Notes under the pieces: model-generated
The model's input: only the letters and a program-made list of their open reading frames with translations
Told to the model about the DNA's origin: nothing
The model's database searches: none
From: Nocardioidaceae bacterium
GTDB taxonomy: Bacteria; Actinomycetota; Actinomycetes; Propionibacteriales; Nocardioidaceae
Direction of reading: 5' to 3'
NCBI GenBank assembly: GCA_030447865.1
Contig: JAUJOD010000004.1
Span: 240,074 to 304,073 of the forward strand
DNA length: 64,000 bases
In this document: positions 31,287 to 40,947 of the stretch, piece after piece
How positions within the stretch are numbered: the first letter of the stretch is position 1
Layout: every line of letters begins with the position of its first letter
Made by a program: the position numbers and the translations under genes

Positions 31287-32185
31287 GACGCCGCGGTGTC
31301 GAGGTCGGCGGTGAAGACGGGCTGCAGCATGTGCCAGTCGACGGGGGTCCGCGAGATGCCGGCCGAGAAGACGTCGGCGATGTCCTGCGTCATCGCGACG
31401 ACACCGTCGCGGCCACGCCGCACTCGGATCGGGTCGCTGAACTCGATGCGCAGCAGCGGGCCTTGGTAAGACAAGGTGGCCGCGATCAGGGGCGCGCCGG
31501 CCAGCCGCGCCAGCACCGCCGGCCCACTGGGCAGGCGGGCCGGCTCACCCAGCAACTCCACCTCGACGCCGCTCTTGCCGATGTCCCGGTCGGCCACCAG
31601 ACACACCAAGCGACCGGCGCGCAGCGCTGTGCGGAGCTCCGTCAACGGATTGGCGCCGCCGGTGAGCGGCAGCACCTGCATGCCGAGCTCCTCGCGGTAG
31701 CGGACGAACCGGTCGAACAGCGACTCAGGCTTCAGCCGCTCCGCCACCGTGGTGACCGGCATTCCCGTCAGGCAGGCCCACGCGCCGGCGTGGTCCCAGT
31801 TCGCCATGTGCGGCAGCGCGATGATCGCACCGCCGCCACCGGCGAAGCCCGCCCGCAGTGGTTCCTCGTTGACGGTGACGACCGAGTCGACGATGCGGTT
31901 GGGTGTCCACGCCGGCAGCCGGAACGCCTCGTGCCAGTACCGGAAGTACGACCGCAGCGCCTGGTTGCACAGCTCGTTCAACGTGTCTTCGGTGACGTCG
32001 GGTGCGGCACGGCGCAAGTTCGCCTGCAGCTGCTGCGCTGCGGCACCGTTCTGCCTGCACATCCGGTCGGCCGCGCTTTCGAGCAGCCGGGTGGCAACGG
32101 GTTCCGGCGCATGCCGGGTAACGGCCCAGCCGAGCCCGTAGGCAGAGTCGATGAACCGGTCGCGGGAGGGAACCGACGGGGTCAC
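31283..32185 (-). CDS. phosphatidylinositol mannoside acyltransferase (LpxL/HtrB-family)
   Basis: GTG start at 32185 overlaps the pgsA stop (GTGA). It has the HMANWD acyltransferase motif. The track ORF start at 32446 lies inside pgsA. Confidence 0.8.
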   Translation of the reverse strand: MTPSVPSRDRFIDSAYGLGWAVTRHAPEPVATRLLESAADRMCRQNGAAAQQLQANLRRAAPDVTEDTLNELCNQALRSYFRYWHEAFRLPAWTPNRIVDSVVTVNEEPLRAGFAGGGGAIIALPHMANWDHAGAWACLTGMPVTTVAERLKPESLFDRFVRYREELGMQVLPLTGGANPLTELRTALRAGRLVCLVADRDIGKSGVEVELLGEPARLPSGPAVLARLAGAPLIAATLSYQGPLLRIEFSDPIRVRRGRDGVVAMTQDIADVFSAGISRTPVDWHMLQPVFTADLDTAAS

Positions 32186-32802
32186 GACCGAACTACTGGG
32201 TCGGCGAGCGCCTGGCGGCGTACGAGGATCATTCGCTGTGCGACGGTGATCGTGCTGGCGACAGCGACCGCCCACAGGACGATCGTCAGCAGGATGGGCA
32301 CGTCGAAAAGATCGGCGAAGAACGTGATCGCCAGTACGGCGACCAGCCGGTCGGCGCGCTCGGCGATGCCCCCCTTCGCCTGCATCCCGAGGCTCTCGGC
32401 CTTTGCCCGCGTGTACGACGTCACCGAGCCCATGACGAGCGCCCACAGCGCCACGTAGCCCAGCAGCTGGTTGTCACCGCCCTGGAAGAACCAGATCGCC
32501 AGGCCGGCGAACACCGCCGCGTCGCCGAGCCGGTCCAGGGTGGAGTCCAAGAAGGAGCCCCATCGAGACGACGTCCCCATCGTGCGGGCCATGTAACCGT
32601 CGATGAGGTCGGAGAAGACGAACGCCGTGACGACCAGTACGCCGACCCACAGCTGTCCGCGGGGAAAGAAGATCAGCGCGCCAGCGACGACACCGATGGT
32701 GCCGACGAACGTCACCGTGTCGGGTGAGATCCCCAGCCGTATCAGCAGGTGGGCGACCGGTTTGAACACGCTGGTCCAGAACTGGCGAAAGCGCTCGAGC
32801 AT
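32182..32802 (-). CDS. pgsA: CDP-alcohol phosphatidyltransferase (phosphatidylinositol phosphate synthase-like)
   Basis: 206 aa, multi-TM, with motif DLIDGYMAR...GSFLDSTLDRLGD (DG..AR...G...D...D). Confidence 0.85.
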   Translation of the reverse strand: MLERFRQFWTSVFKPVAHLLIRLGISPDTVTFVGTIGVVAGALIFFPRGQLWVGVLVVTAFVFSDLIDGYMARTMGTSSRWGSFLDSTLDRLGDAAVFAGLAIWFFQGGDNQLLGYVALWALVMGSVTSYTRAKAESLGMQAKGGIAERADRLVAVLAITFFADLFDVPILLTIVLWAVAVASTITVAQRMILVRRQALADPVVRS

Positions 32803-32962
32803 CGGTGCGGTGGCGGCTTCCTCTGGTGAGCGGGGCAGGTCGGGGGCTCCCCGTGATGCTACCGGCCGCTGATGTCGAGGTGACGCTTGTGCGCGCGCCG
32901 CGGAAGGGTGAAAGGTGGACTCGACGACTCAACCGTGGCGCGATGAGCCGAAGGAGTAGGTC

Positions 32963-35120
32963 ATGGCCGGAAAGCAGGGTGGCCCGGGTGCTGGGGAGCC
33001 CGCGGCGTACCAACCTCGCAGTCCTGAGAACCTCCGCAACGTGGTGCTGGTCGGACCGTCGGGGTCCGGCAAGACGACCCTCGCCGAGGCGTTGCTCGCC
33101 ACCGCCGGCGCGATCAACCGGGTCGGTCGGGTCGAGGAGGGCACCACGGTCACCGACTACGACGACGTCGAGATCCGACAGCAGCGCTCAATCGGGCTGG
33201 CCCTTGCGCCGTTCGTCGCCGGCGACAGCAAGGTCAACCTGCTCGATGCACCGGGGTACGCCGACTTCGTCGGGGACCTGCGCGCCGGGCTGCGGGCGGC
33301 CGACTGCGCACTGTTCGTCATTGCCGCCAACGAGGGCGTCGACGGCGCCACAAAGGCGCTGTGGCAGGAGTGTGAGGCCGTGGGCATGCCGCGGTGCGTG
33401 GTGATCAGCAAGCTCAACCACCAGCGCGCCGACTACGCCGACGTGCTGGCCCAGGCGCAGGCGGCCTTCGGCGCCAAGGTGCTGCCGCTGTACGTGCCCG
33501 TGCCCTCGAGCAGTGGTCACATCGACGCGCTCGTGGCGCTGTTGTCGCAGTCGGTCTCTGACTACTCTGATAGCGCGGCTCGCCAGGTGCGCGAGCCGGC
33601 TGACGACGAGGCGGCCCTCATCGACGACCACCGCGAGCCGCTCATCGAGGGCATCATCGAGGAGTCCGAGGACGAGGGCCTGATGGACCGCTACATGGAG
33701 GGAGAGGAGCTCGACCTGAAGCTGCTCATCGACGACCTAGAGACAGCTGTCGCCCGCGCCTCCTTCTTTCCCGTCGTTCCCGTCTGCTCCGTCAGTGGCG
33801 TCGGTCTGCACGAGCTGATCGAGATCATGACGTCGGCGTTCCCGTCGCCGGTGGAGCACACCTTCCCCGCCGTCTACACGGTCGCGGGCAAGACCGTCAC
33901 CGGCCTGTCCTGCGACCCCGCCGGCCCGTTGCTCGCCGAGGTCGTCAAGACCACGTCTGACCCGTACGTCGGCCGGATCAGCCTGGTGCGCGTGTTCTCC
34001 GGCACCGTGCGTCCCGACGCAACCGTGCACGTGTCGGGACTTCTCCCAGTTCCAGGAGTCCGCCGCTGGCCACCCCGACCACGACGAGGACGAGCGCATC
34101 GGAGCCCTGTCGTCGCCGCTGGGGAAGCTCCAGCGCCCCAGCCGGGCCTGCATCGCCGGTGACATCTGCGCGATCGCCAAGCTGAGCCGAGCAGAAACCG
34201 GGGACACGCTCAGCGACAAGGACAACCCGTTGGTGATGGAGCCGTGGTCGATGCCGGACGCCCTCCTTCCTATCGCGTTGGTCGCGCACGCCAAGGCCGA
34301 CGAGGACAAGCTCGGCACCGCCCTGCAGCGGTTGGCCGCCGAGGACCCGGCAGTCCGGATCGAGCACTCCGCCGAGACCCACCAGCTCGTGCTGTGGACG
34401 ATGGGCGAGGCACACGTCGACGTACTGATGGACCGGCTGCGCCACAGGTACGGCGTCCAGGTCGACCAGGTCGACGTGCGGGTCCCGTTGCGCGAGACGC
34501 TTGCGGGGCCCGCGAAGGGCCACGGGCGGCACGTCAAGCAGAGCGGTGGGCACGGGCAGTACGCCGTGTGTGACATCGAGGTGGAGCCCGCCGAGCCGGG
34601 CAGCGGTTTCGAGTTCGTCGACAAGGTGGTCGGCGGGTCGGTCCCCCGCCAGTTCATCCCGAGCGTGGAGAAGGGGCTGCGGGCCCAGCTCGACAAGGGG
34701 CTTAGCGCTGGCTACCCGGTGGTCGACCTCAAGGTGACCCTGTTCGACGGCAAGGCCCACAGCGTCGACTCCAGCGACATGGCGTTCCAGACAGCGGGCG
34801 CGTTGGCCCTGAAGGAGGCGGCGCAGGTGGCCGGCGTACAGCTGCTGGAGCCGATCGACGAGGTCGACGTGCTCATCGACGACGACTACATGGGCGCGGT
34901 GATGGGTGACCTCTCGACCCGACGGGCGCGCGTGCTCGGCACCGAGCCCGTCGGGACCGGCCGCACGCTGGTCAAGGCGGAGGCCCCGCAGCTCGAGCTG
35001 GTGCGGTATGCCACCGAGCTGCGGTCGCTGAGCCACGGCACCGGCACGTTCCACCGCCGCTTCTCACGGTACGACGTCCTGCCGGCCCACCTCGCGGCCA
35101 AGGTCACCGCGGCCAGTTAG
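32963..35120 (+). pseudogene. elongation factor G-like protein (EF-G2 type), interrupted by a frameshift near 34030-34040
   Basis: N-terminal ORF 32963-34162 has the GTPase P-loop GPSGSGKTTLAEALL and DAPGYADF. Sense is lost after VHVSG. The next frame reads DFSQFQESAAGHPDHDEDERIGALSSPLGKLQRP...AIAKLSRAETGDTL and continues into ORF 34230-35120 (EF-G domains III-V). Confidence 0.8.
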
Positions 35121-35133
35121 CCATCGGCTGTTC

Positions 35134-35321
35134 CCGGTCGCGGCTGGCAGGGCTCTCGGACCTGTCGCTGCGCTCCCTTTACGGTCCTTCGAGTCCCCAC
35201 CAGCCACTCCCTTGGACCTGCTGGCGGCTTCCGGTCGCGGCTGGCAGGGCTCTCGGACCTGTCGCTGCGCTCCCTTTACGGTCCTTCGAGTCCCCACCAG
35301 CCACTCCCTTGGACCTGCTGG
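35134..35321. repeat. two identical 91-bp copies of a structured repeat in tandem (period 97 bp)
   Basis: Copy A at 35134-35224 and copy B at 35231-35321 are identical when read by eye. They lie between the convergent EF-G2 and HIT gene ends and are related to 3275-3353. Confidence 0.85.
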
Positions 35322-35336
35322 CCGCTGTGGCGCGCG

Positions 35337-35879
35337 TCAGTCCGCGGGCCAGGCCTCGACCAGCAGGTCGCGAGTGTCGCCCAGCAGCTGGGGCAGCACC
35401 TTGGTGTGGCCGACGACCGGCATGAAGTTCGTGTCGCCACCCCAGCGCGGCACGATGTGTTGGTGCAGATGGGCAGCGATGCCGGCACCGGCGACCGCCC
35501 CCTGGTTCATGCCGACGTTGAATCCGTCCGCACGGGAAGCCGCCCGGACGGCCCGCATTGCCTGCCGGGTCAGCTCCGCGATTTCCGCGCTCTCGTCGCA
35601 GGTGAGTTCGGTGTAGTCCGCGACGTGCCGATAGGGGCAGACCATCAGGTGGCCGGGGTTGTAGGGGTAGAGGTTCAGCACGGCGTACGTGAGCGCCCCT
35701 CGCCGTACGACCAATCCCTCAGCATCGGGCAGCCGCGGGATGGAGCAGAACGGGCACTCGCCGTCCTCGGCCGACGTCGGCTTGTTCTCTCCCTTGATGT
35801 ACGCCAGCCGGTGCGGCGTCCACAGCCGCAGGAACGGGTCGGACTCCCCCGCGCCCGCCTGCTGCTCGTACGACGTCAT
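35337..35879 (-). CDS. HIT family protein (Ap4A phosphorylase / GalT-like branch)
   Basis: 180 aa with the histidine triad [12 protein letters not shown] and a CPFC zinc-type motif. It sits in the conserved position downstream of thrS. Confidence 0.85.
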   Translation of the reverse strand: MTSYEQQAGAGESDPFLRLWTPHRLAYIKGENKPTSAEDGECPFCSIPRLPDAEGLVVRRGALTYAVLNLYPYNPGHLMVCPYRHVADYTELTCDESAEIAELTRQAMRAVRAASRADGFNVGMNQGAVAGAGIAAHLHQHIVPRWGGDTNFMPVVGHTKVLPQLLGDTRDLLVEAWPAD

Positions 35880-37888
35880 ACCTGCGCTCGGGAGCTGACC
35901 GCTTCGGTGATGCGGGCAATTGCCTCGTCGACGGCGACGCCGTTGTCTTGCTCGCCGCTGCGGTAGCGAAACGAGACCGCGCCATCGTCGACGTCGCGGT
36001 CACCGGCGATGAGCATGAACGGCACCTTCTGGAGCTGAGCGGACCGGATCTTCTTCTGCATCCGGTCGTCGGAGTCGTCGACCTCGACGCGGATTCCAGC
36101 GGCCCTGAGCCGGTCAGCCACTCCGCCGAGGTACGGCGCGTGCCGCTCGGCAATGGGGATGGCAACCACCTGAACCGGAGCGAGCCACGGCGGGAACGCG
36201 CCGGCGTAGTGCTCGGTCAGCACCCCGAGGAAGCGCTCGATGGATCCGAACAGCGCCCGGTGGATCATCACCGGCCGCTGCCGCGAGCCGTCAGCGGCGG
36301 TGTACTCGAGCTCAAACCGCTCAGGGAGGTTGAAGTCAAGCTGGATCGTCGATATCTGCCAGGTGCGCCCAATGGCGTCGCGGGCCTGGACGGAGATCTT
36401 CGGCCCGTAGAAGGCGGCGCCTCCGGTGTCGGGCACCAGCTCAAGCCCCGACTCCACGGCCACCCGCTCCAGCGTGGCGGTCGCCTCTGCCCAGATCTCG
36501 TCGGAGCCGACGTACTTGTCGGGGTCCTTGGTCGAGAACTCAAGGTAGAAGTCCTCGAGGCCGTAGTCCTTGAGCAGGTCGAGCACAAAGGTGAGGAGGG
36601 CCTTGAGCTCCCCCCCCAGCTGCTCACGGCTGGCGTAGATGTGGGCGTCGTCCTGGGTCAAGCCGCGCACCCGGGTGAGACCGTGCACCGTGCCGGACTT
36701 CTCGTAGCGGTAGACCGCACCGAACTCGAAAAGCCGCAGCGGCAGCTCCCGGTAGGACCTTCCTCGTGCCTTGAAGATCAGGCAGTGCATGGGACAGTTC
36801 ATCGGCCTGAGGTAGTAGTCCTGGCCGGGCTTGCGCACCGCTCCCTGCTCGTCGACCTCGGCGTCGACGTGCATCGGGGGGTACATGCCGTCGGCGAACC
36901 ACTGCAGGTGCCCGGAGGTCTCGAACAGCCCGCTCTTGCTGATCTGCGGGCTGTAGACGAACTCGTATCCGGCCTCCGCGTGACGCTGGCGGGAGTAGTC
37001 CTCCATCGCTTTGCGCAGCACGCCGCCCTTGGGATGGAACACCGCGAGCCCGGACCCGAGCTCGTCGGGGAAGCTGAACAGGTCGAGCTCGCGACCCAGC
37101 CGCCGGTGGTCGCGGCGCTCTGCCTCCTCCAGCCGCTCGAGGTACGCCTCGAGCGCCTCCTTGCTCTCCCATGCGGTGCCGTAGATGCGCTGGAGCTGGG
37201 GGTTCTTCTCGTCACCTCGCCAGTACGCCGCGGCCGAGCGGGTGAGCCGAAATGCGGGGATCCGCTTGGTCGTCGGTAGATGCGGCCCTCTGCACAGGTC
37301 CTTCCACGCCAGCGAGGCGTCGCGCTTGAGGTTGTCGTAGATCGTGAGCTGGTCACCGCCGACTTCAGCGTCGGCACCTTCGGCGTCGGCCGCATCGGCT
37401 GAGCCCTTGAGCTCGATGAGCTCCAGCTTGTACGGCTCGCCGGCGAGCTCGGCGGCTGCCTCGGCGTCGCCGACCGCACGGCGTACGAACCGTTGGCCCT
37501 CCTTGATGATCTTGCGCATCCGGGTGGCGATGGCGTCCAGGTCGGCTGGCTTGAACGGCTCGGCTACCTCGAAGTCGTAGTAGAAGCCGTCGGTGATAGG
37601 AGGGCCGATGCCGAGCTTGGCGTCGGGGAACAGCTGCTGCACCGCCTGCGCGAGCACGTGCGCGGTGGAGTGGCGGAGGATCGCGCGGCCGTCGTCGGTG
37701 TTGATGGCGACGGGCTCGACGACGTCTCCATCATCCAGCTCGTGCGACAGGTCAACCAGGTCGCCGTTGACGCGAGCTGCGATGACCGCTTCGTCAGCCG
37801 CGAGCAGCTCCCGTGCCGTTGTGCCGGCCGTCACCGTGTGCGCGGCGTGCTTCTCGGCAGCGGCGACGGTGACGGCAACGTCAGTCAC
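35876..37888 (-). CDS. thrS: threonine--tRNA ligase
   Basis: GTG start at 37888 is preceded by gaggagg. It has TGS and editing regions ([11 protein letters not shown]) and class II motifs ([33 protein letters not shown]). Confidence 0.95.
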   Translation of the reverse strand: MTDVAVTVAAAEKHAAHTVTAGTTARELLAADEAVIAARVNGDLVDLSHELDDGDVVEPVAINTDDGRAILRHSTAHVLAQAVQQLFPDAKLGIGPPITDGFYYDFEVAEPFKPADLDAIATRMRKIIKEGQRFVRRAVGDAEAAAELAGEPYKLELIELKGSADAADAEGADAEVGGDQLTIYDNLKRDASLAWKDLCRGPHLPTTKRIPAFRLTRSAAAYWRGDEKNPQLQRIYGTAWESKEALEAYLERLEEAERRDHRRLGRELDLFSFPDELGSGLAVFHPKGGVLRKAMEDYSRQRHAEAGYEFVYSPQISKSGLFETSGHLQWFADGMYPPMHVDAEVDEQGAVRKPGQDYYLRPMNCPMHCLIFKARGRSYRELPLRLFEFGAVYRYEKSGTVHGLTRVRGLTQDDAHIYASREQLGGELKALLTFVLDLLKDYGLEDFYLEFSTKDPDKYVGSDEIWAEATATLERVAVESGLELVPDTGGAAFYGPKISVQARDAIGRTWQISTIQLDFNLPERFELEYTAADGSRQRPVMIHRALFGSIERFLGVLTEHYAGAFPPWLAPVQVVAIPIAERHAPYLGGVADRLRAAGIRVEVDDSDDRMQKKIRSAQLQKVPFMLIAGDRDVDDGAVSFRYRSGEQDNGVAVDEAIARITEAVSSRAQV

Positions 37889-38150
37889 GGGACCTCCTCT
37901 GACGGGACTGGGCACCTCGTGATCGGCGCCAGCGAGTCCGTCGATGGTATCGAGACGGGATGCCCGCGGTCGCGGCAGTTTCGGTGGCCGACGACGGAGA
38001 GGGGCCGAGACTAGCCATCGGTGGGAATGCAGTGGCGGCGATATTGCATGACTTCACAACGAATCCAATCCGCAACCTGATCCGTTCCGAATCCGTCACG
38101 AAGTTCAACTCATAGTGGCGGTCGAGTGGTCGCCGTACGAATGGAGCAAC

Positions 38151-38915
38151 ATGCGTATTTCTTCCAAACTGGCCACCATGGCCGTCGGCACTCTCGTTGC
38201 CGCACCATTTCTCGGCATGGGCACCGCTTTCGCAGAAGACGGCGATGTCATGGCGAACCTACAGCCGGTAGCCCTCAACGGCGTCTCGGCAAGCGGCACG
38301 GCGTGGGTCGAGGTCCGCGGGACCATGATCAACGTCACCATGCAGGCCAGCGGTTTGCTGGCTGACAACCCCCATGCGGCGCACATTCACTTTGCTGACG
38401 AGGCTCGCCACGAGTGCCCCGTCGCGAGTGAGGACACCGACGGCAGCGGCACGATCGACACCACTGAGGGTGCGCCGGCTTACGGACCCGTCGTTGTCGC
38501 ACTGACGACGTCCGGTGACACGAGCCCTGACAGCGTCTTGGCAATTGACCGCTTCGACACTGCCCCCGGCGGCGAGCTCACGTACCAGCGCGGCAGCATT
38601 GAGGTCGCGCCGGAACTCGCTTCCTCGATCGCGGCCGGAGAGTCAGTTGTCGTGATCCACGGCACCGACTACAACGGCTCTGGCAAGTACGACGGCAAGT
38701 CCAAGAGTGACCTGGACCCGGCCCTTCCTTCCGAAGCGACTGACCCGGCGCTCTGCGGAACCCTGGCAGCCGCACCGGCTGGTGGCGCTGAGACCGGCCT
38801 AGGCGGCACCTCGTCTGAGTCCGACACCGGTCTGCTTGCCCTGGGTGGCGGCCTCATGCTGCTGGCCGCTGGCACCGGCGTTGCGACGGCCCGTAAGGCG
38901 CGCGCGCGCTCCTGA
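38151..38915 (+). CDS. secreted CHRD-like protein with C-terminal TM/positively charged tail (putative sortase substrate)
   Basis: ATG 38151 follows ggag. The signal peptide is MRISSKLATMAVGTLVAAPFLGMGTAFA. It has the AAHIHF motif and the C-terminus ...GGAETGLGGTSSESDTGLLALGGGLMLLAAGTGVATARKARARS. Confidence 0.65.
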   Translation: MRISSKLATMAVGTLVAAPFLGMGTAFAEDGDVMANLQPVALNGVSASGTAWVEVRGTMINVTMQASGLLADNPHAAHIHFADEARHECPVASEDTDGSGTIDTTEGAPAYGPVVVALTTSGDTSPDSVLAIDRFDTAPGGELTYQRGSIEVAPELASSIAAGESVVVIHGTDYNGSGKYDGKSKSDLDPALPSEATDPALCGTLAAAPAGGAETGLGGTSSESDTGLLALGGGLMLLAAGTGVATARKARARS

Positions 38916-39643
38916 TGACCGACCCGATCCAGCACGGTGGTCGCCGCGGCACATATGTTGCCGCGGCGATCGCCGTTGTGCTGGTTGTTGCCGGAGCCGT
39001 GTTTCTTGTCATGGGCGCCCGCGGGAGTGACGGACCGCCGCTACCCGACAGTGCAGCGGCCTCGACACCGTCGTCCCCCAGCGCTAGCCCCAGTCCTGCC
39101 CCTGGCAGTAGCCAGCCGCCGGCGGCCAAGCCTCCGACGAAGAACGCACCGCCAGCCCCGGAATCTGTCGATTTCGGTGAGGTCCTTCCTGGGTCAGAAC
39201 CCGTGGCACTCGACATTCCCGCGATCGATGTGCACAGCCGCAACGTCGTTGGACTAGGCGTGGCCGACGACGGCAGCATCGAAGTACCCCGTGACCCTAC
39301 CGCGCCTGGCTGGTTCACTCCCGGCCCGTCACCAGGACAGCTCGGCCCGGCGGTGATCGCTGGCCACGTGGACAGCACCGAGGGTCCAGCCGTGTTCTAC
39401 GAGTTGGGCAATCTCCGTCCCGGCGACCTGGTCAAAGTGACGCGCGCCGACTCCTCCGTGGCCACCTTTGCGATTGACCGGGTCGCGGTGTTTGAGCAGG
39501 CCGACTTTCCGACCCGTCAGGTCTACGGCCTTACGACACGTCGACCAGAGCTGCGCCTGATCACCTGCGGTGGCGAGTATGACCCGGAGACGGGCTACGT
39601 CGACAACGTAGTTGCGTTCGGGCATCTCGTCGGGGCCCGATAA
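38915..39643 (+). CDS. class F sortase
   Basis: 242 aa. It has an N-terminal TM, the segment DIPAIDVHS...PGWF...GPAVIAGHVD, and the catalytic Cys context LRLITCGG. Its start overlaps the upstream stop. Confidence 0.8.
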   Translation: MTDPIQHGGRRGTYVAAAIAVVLVVAGAVFLVMGARGSDGPPLPDSAAASTPSSPSASPSPAPGSSQPPAAKPPTKNAPPAPESVDFGEVLPGSEPVALDIPAIDVHSRNVVGLGVADDGSIEVPRDPTAPGWFTPGPSPGQLGPAVIAGHVDSTEGPAVFYELGNLRPGDLVKVTRADSSVATFAIDRVAVFEQADFPTRQVYGLTTRRPELRLITCGGEYDPETGYVDNVVAFGHLVGAR

Positions 39644-39647
39644 ACGC

Positions 39648-40046
39648 TCAGCGAAGCTTGGGCCTGAAACCCCCGAGTATTGGTTTCGGTAACGAGTCCA
39701 CCAAGGGCTCAAGCAGCTGGGCGAGCTCGGCGGCAGTAGGGCGATTGGCCGGATCCTTCTCCGAGCACGCGAGGATCGGCTTGGCCGCAACGTCTGCGGC
39801 TCTCTTTGGGAGTCGTTCCGGCTCCTCGACGAGCTGCCGCCAACGCTGCTCGATAGGTGCCCGCTCGTCGTCGGCTCCACGGGGGAACGGCTTGTAGCCG
39901 GTGAAAGCCTCGAACATCGACGCACCGAGGCCCCAAATGTCCGCAGGCGGGCCCGCGGAGCGCCAGCGAACGGCCATCAGAGCCGTCCCATCGCGCCCTA
40001 CGCTGACTGCAGCGACGCGGCCAAGGTCACATGAGAGGACTCTCAT
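39648..40046 (-). pseudogene. C-terminal remnant of a Ser/Thr protein kinase (C-lobe only)
   Basis: The segment ...CDLGRVAAV...ADIWGLGASMFEAFTGYKPFP...KDPANRPTAAEL matches kinase subdomains VII-XI. No N-lobe or P-loop is present. The upstream part of track ORF 39648-40463 is the antisense shadow of the acidic gene. Confidence 0.6.
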
Positions 40047-40091
40047 CCTGGTCTCATCCGGCTCTTCGGAACCCCAACCACGCTCACGGCC

Positions 40092-40937
40092 ATGACAGAA
40101 CAACGCAAGGCTGTCTTCGGCGGCATCGCCATGCTTTTCGCGGTGGCACTGCTGGTTTCCGGCTTCCTCAACAACACCTTCAGCTCCCCCGATCTGGGCG
40201 GTCCACTGGTGCTTCCCGCTGATGACCAGGAGAGCCGAGGCCACCAGCGCGACGACGAGGACGACGGGGCGGCTGCGCCACTCACCGTCGACCCTCGCCC
40301 CGAACGGGTCGAACCGGAGCGCGACGGTGCCGACGAGACCGAGCCCGACGAGGGCGAGTCTGACAAGGCCGACGAGACCCAGGGCGACGAGGCCGACAAT
40401 GCCGAGGGCGACGAGGCCGACAATGCCGAGGCCGAGCGCGACAGGTTCGAGGACGACGACCACCTCGAGGGCGGCGCCGACGAGGCTGGTGCCGACGAGG
40501 GCGAGCCCGACGGGGGCGAGTCTGACGAGACCGACGACAAGAAGGCCGACAGCGACAAGGCCGGGGACGACGTAACTGCGCCAACACCCGGCACCACCGA
40601 AACCACTGACGACGACGTATCAGCGCCAGCGCCCGGCACCCCCCAAACCGATGACGGCGACGTATCGGCGCCAGCTCCGGGCACTGACCAAAACGATGGC
40701 GACGACGTACAAGCGCCCGCTCCCGATGTCCCCGGAGCCGGCGCGGACGATGACAGTGGGGACCGGGACTCCAACGACGACGGTCGAGACAGCAGTCGGA
40801 AGCGGACCGATCCCCCTGCCGCCGGCACCGGTACAGGGGACGATGACACCGGCGAACCAGGCGATGATGATGGCCAGAGGGGAGACGACGACAGCGAGGG
40901 CGGCGACGATGAAGGCGAAGGAGAGGGTGACGACTGA
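40092..40937 (+). CDS. membrane-anchored, extremely acidic low-complexity repeat protein
   Basis: 281 aa with N-terminal TM AVFGGIAMLFAVALLVSGFL followed by a D/E/G-rich sequence. It contains a perfect 24-bp tandem duplication at 40383-40430 (GDEADNAE x2) and about 15-aa DDVSAPAPGT repeats. Confidence 0.6.
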   Translation: MTEQRKAVFGGIAMLFAVALLVSGFLNNTFSSPDLGGPLVLPADDQESRGHQRDDEDDGAAAPLTVDPRPERVEPERDGADETEPDEGESDKADETQGDEADNAEGDEADNAEAERDRFEDDDHLEGGADEAGADEGEPDGGESDETDDKKADSDKAGDDVTAPTPGTTETTDDDVSAPAPGTPQTDDGDVSAPAPGTDQNDGDDVQAPAPDVPGAGADDDSGDRDSNDDGRDSSRKRTDPPAAGTGTGDDDTGEPGDDDGQRGDDDSEGGDDEGEGEGDD

Positions 40938-40947
40938 CGCCGCGCGC

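Noticed and set aside
35134-35321. Possible CRISPR array
   Set aside because: There are only two repeat units, each 91 bp long, separated by a 6-bp linker rather than a spacer. No cas genes are nearby. A related single inverted copy elsewhere fits a dispersed structured repeat instead.
37889-38150. T-box, riboswitch or leader element upstream of thrS (and likewise upstream of hisS/aspS and alaS)
   Set aside because: I could not find a specifier or T-box sequence, a terminator/antiterminator pair, or any conserved riboswitch core by eye. A covariance-model scan would be needed to claim one.
40047-40463. N-terminal 139 codons of track ORF 39648-40463
   Set aside because: The translation (VALGLGIVGLVALGIVGLVALGLVGLV...) is the antisense mirror of the GAC/GAG-rich acidic gene on the plus strand. 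Kinase-like sequence begins only at about 40046.
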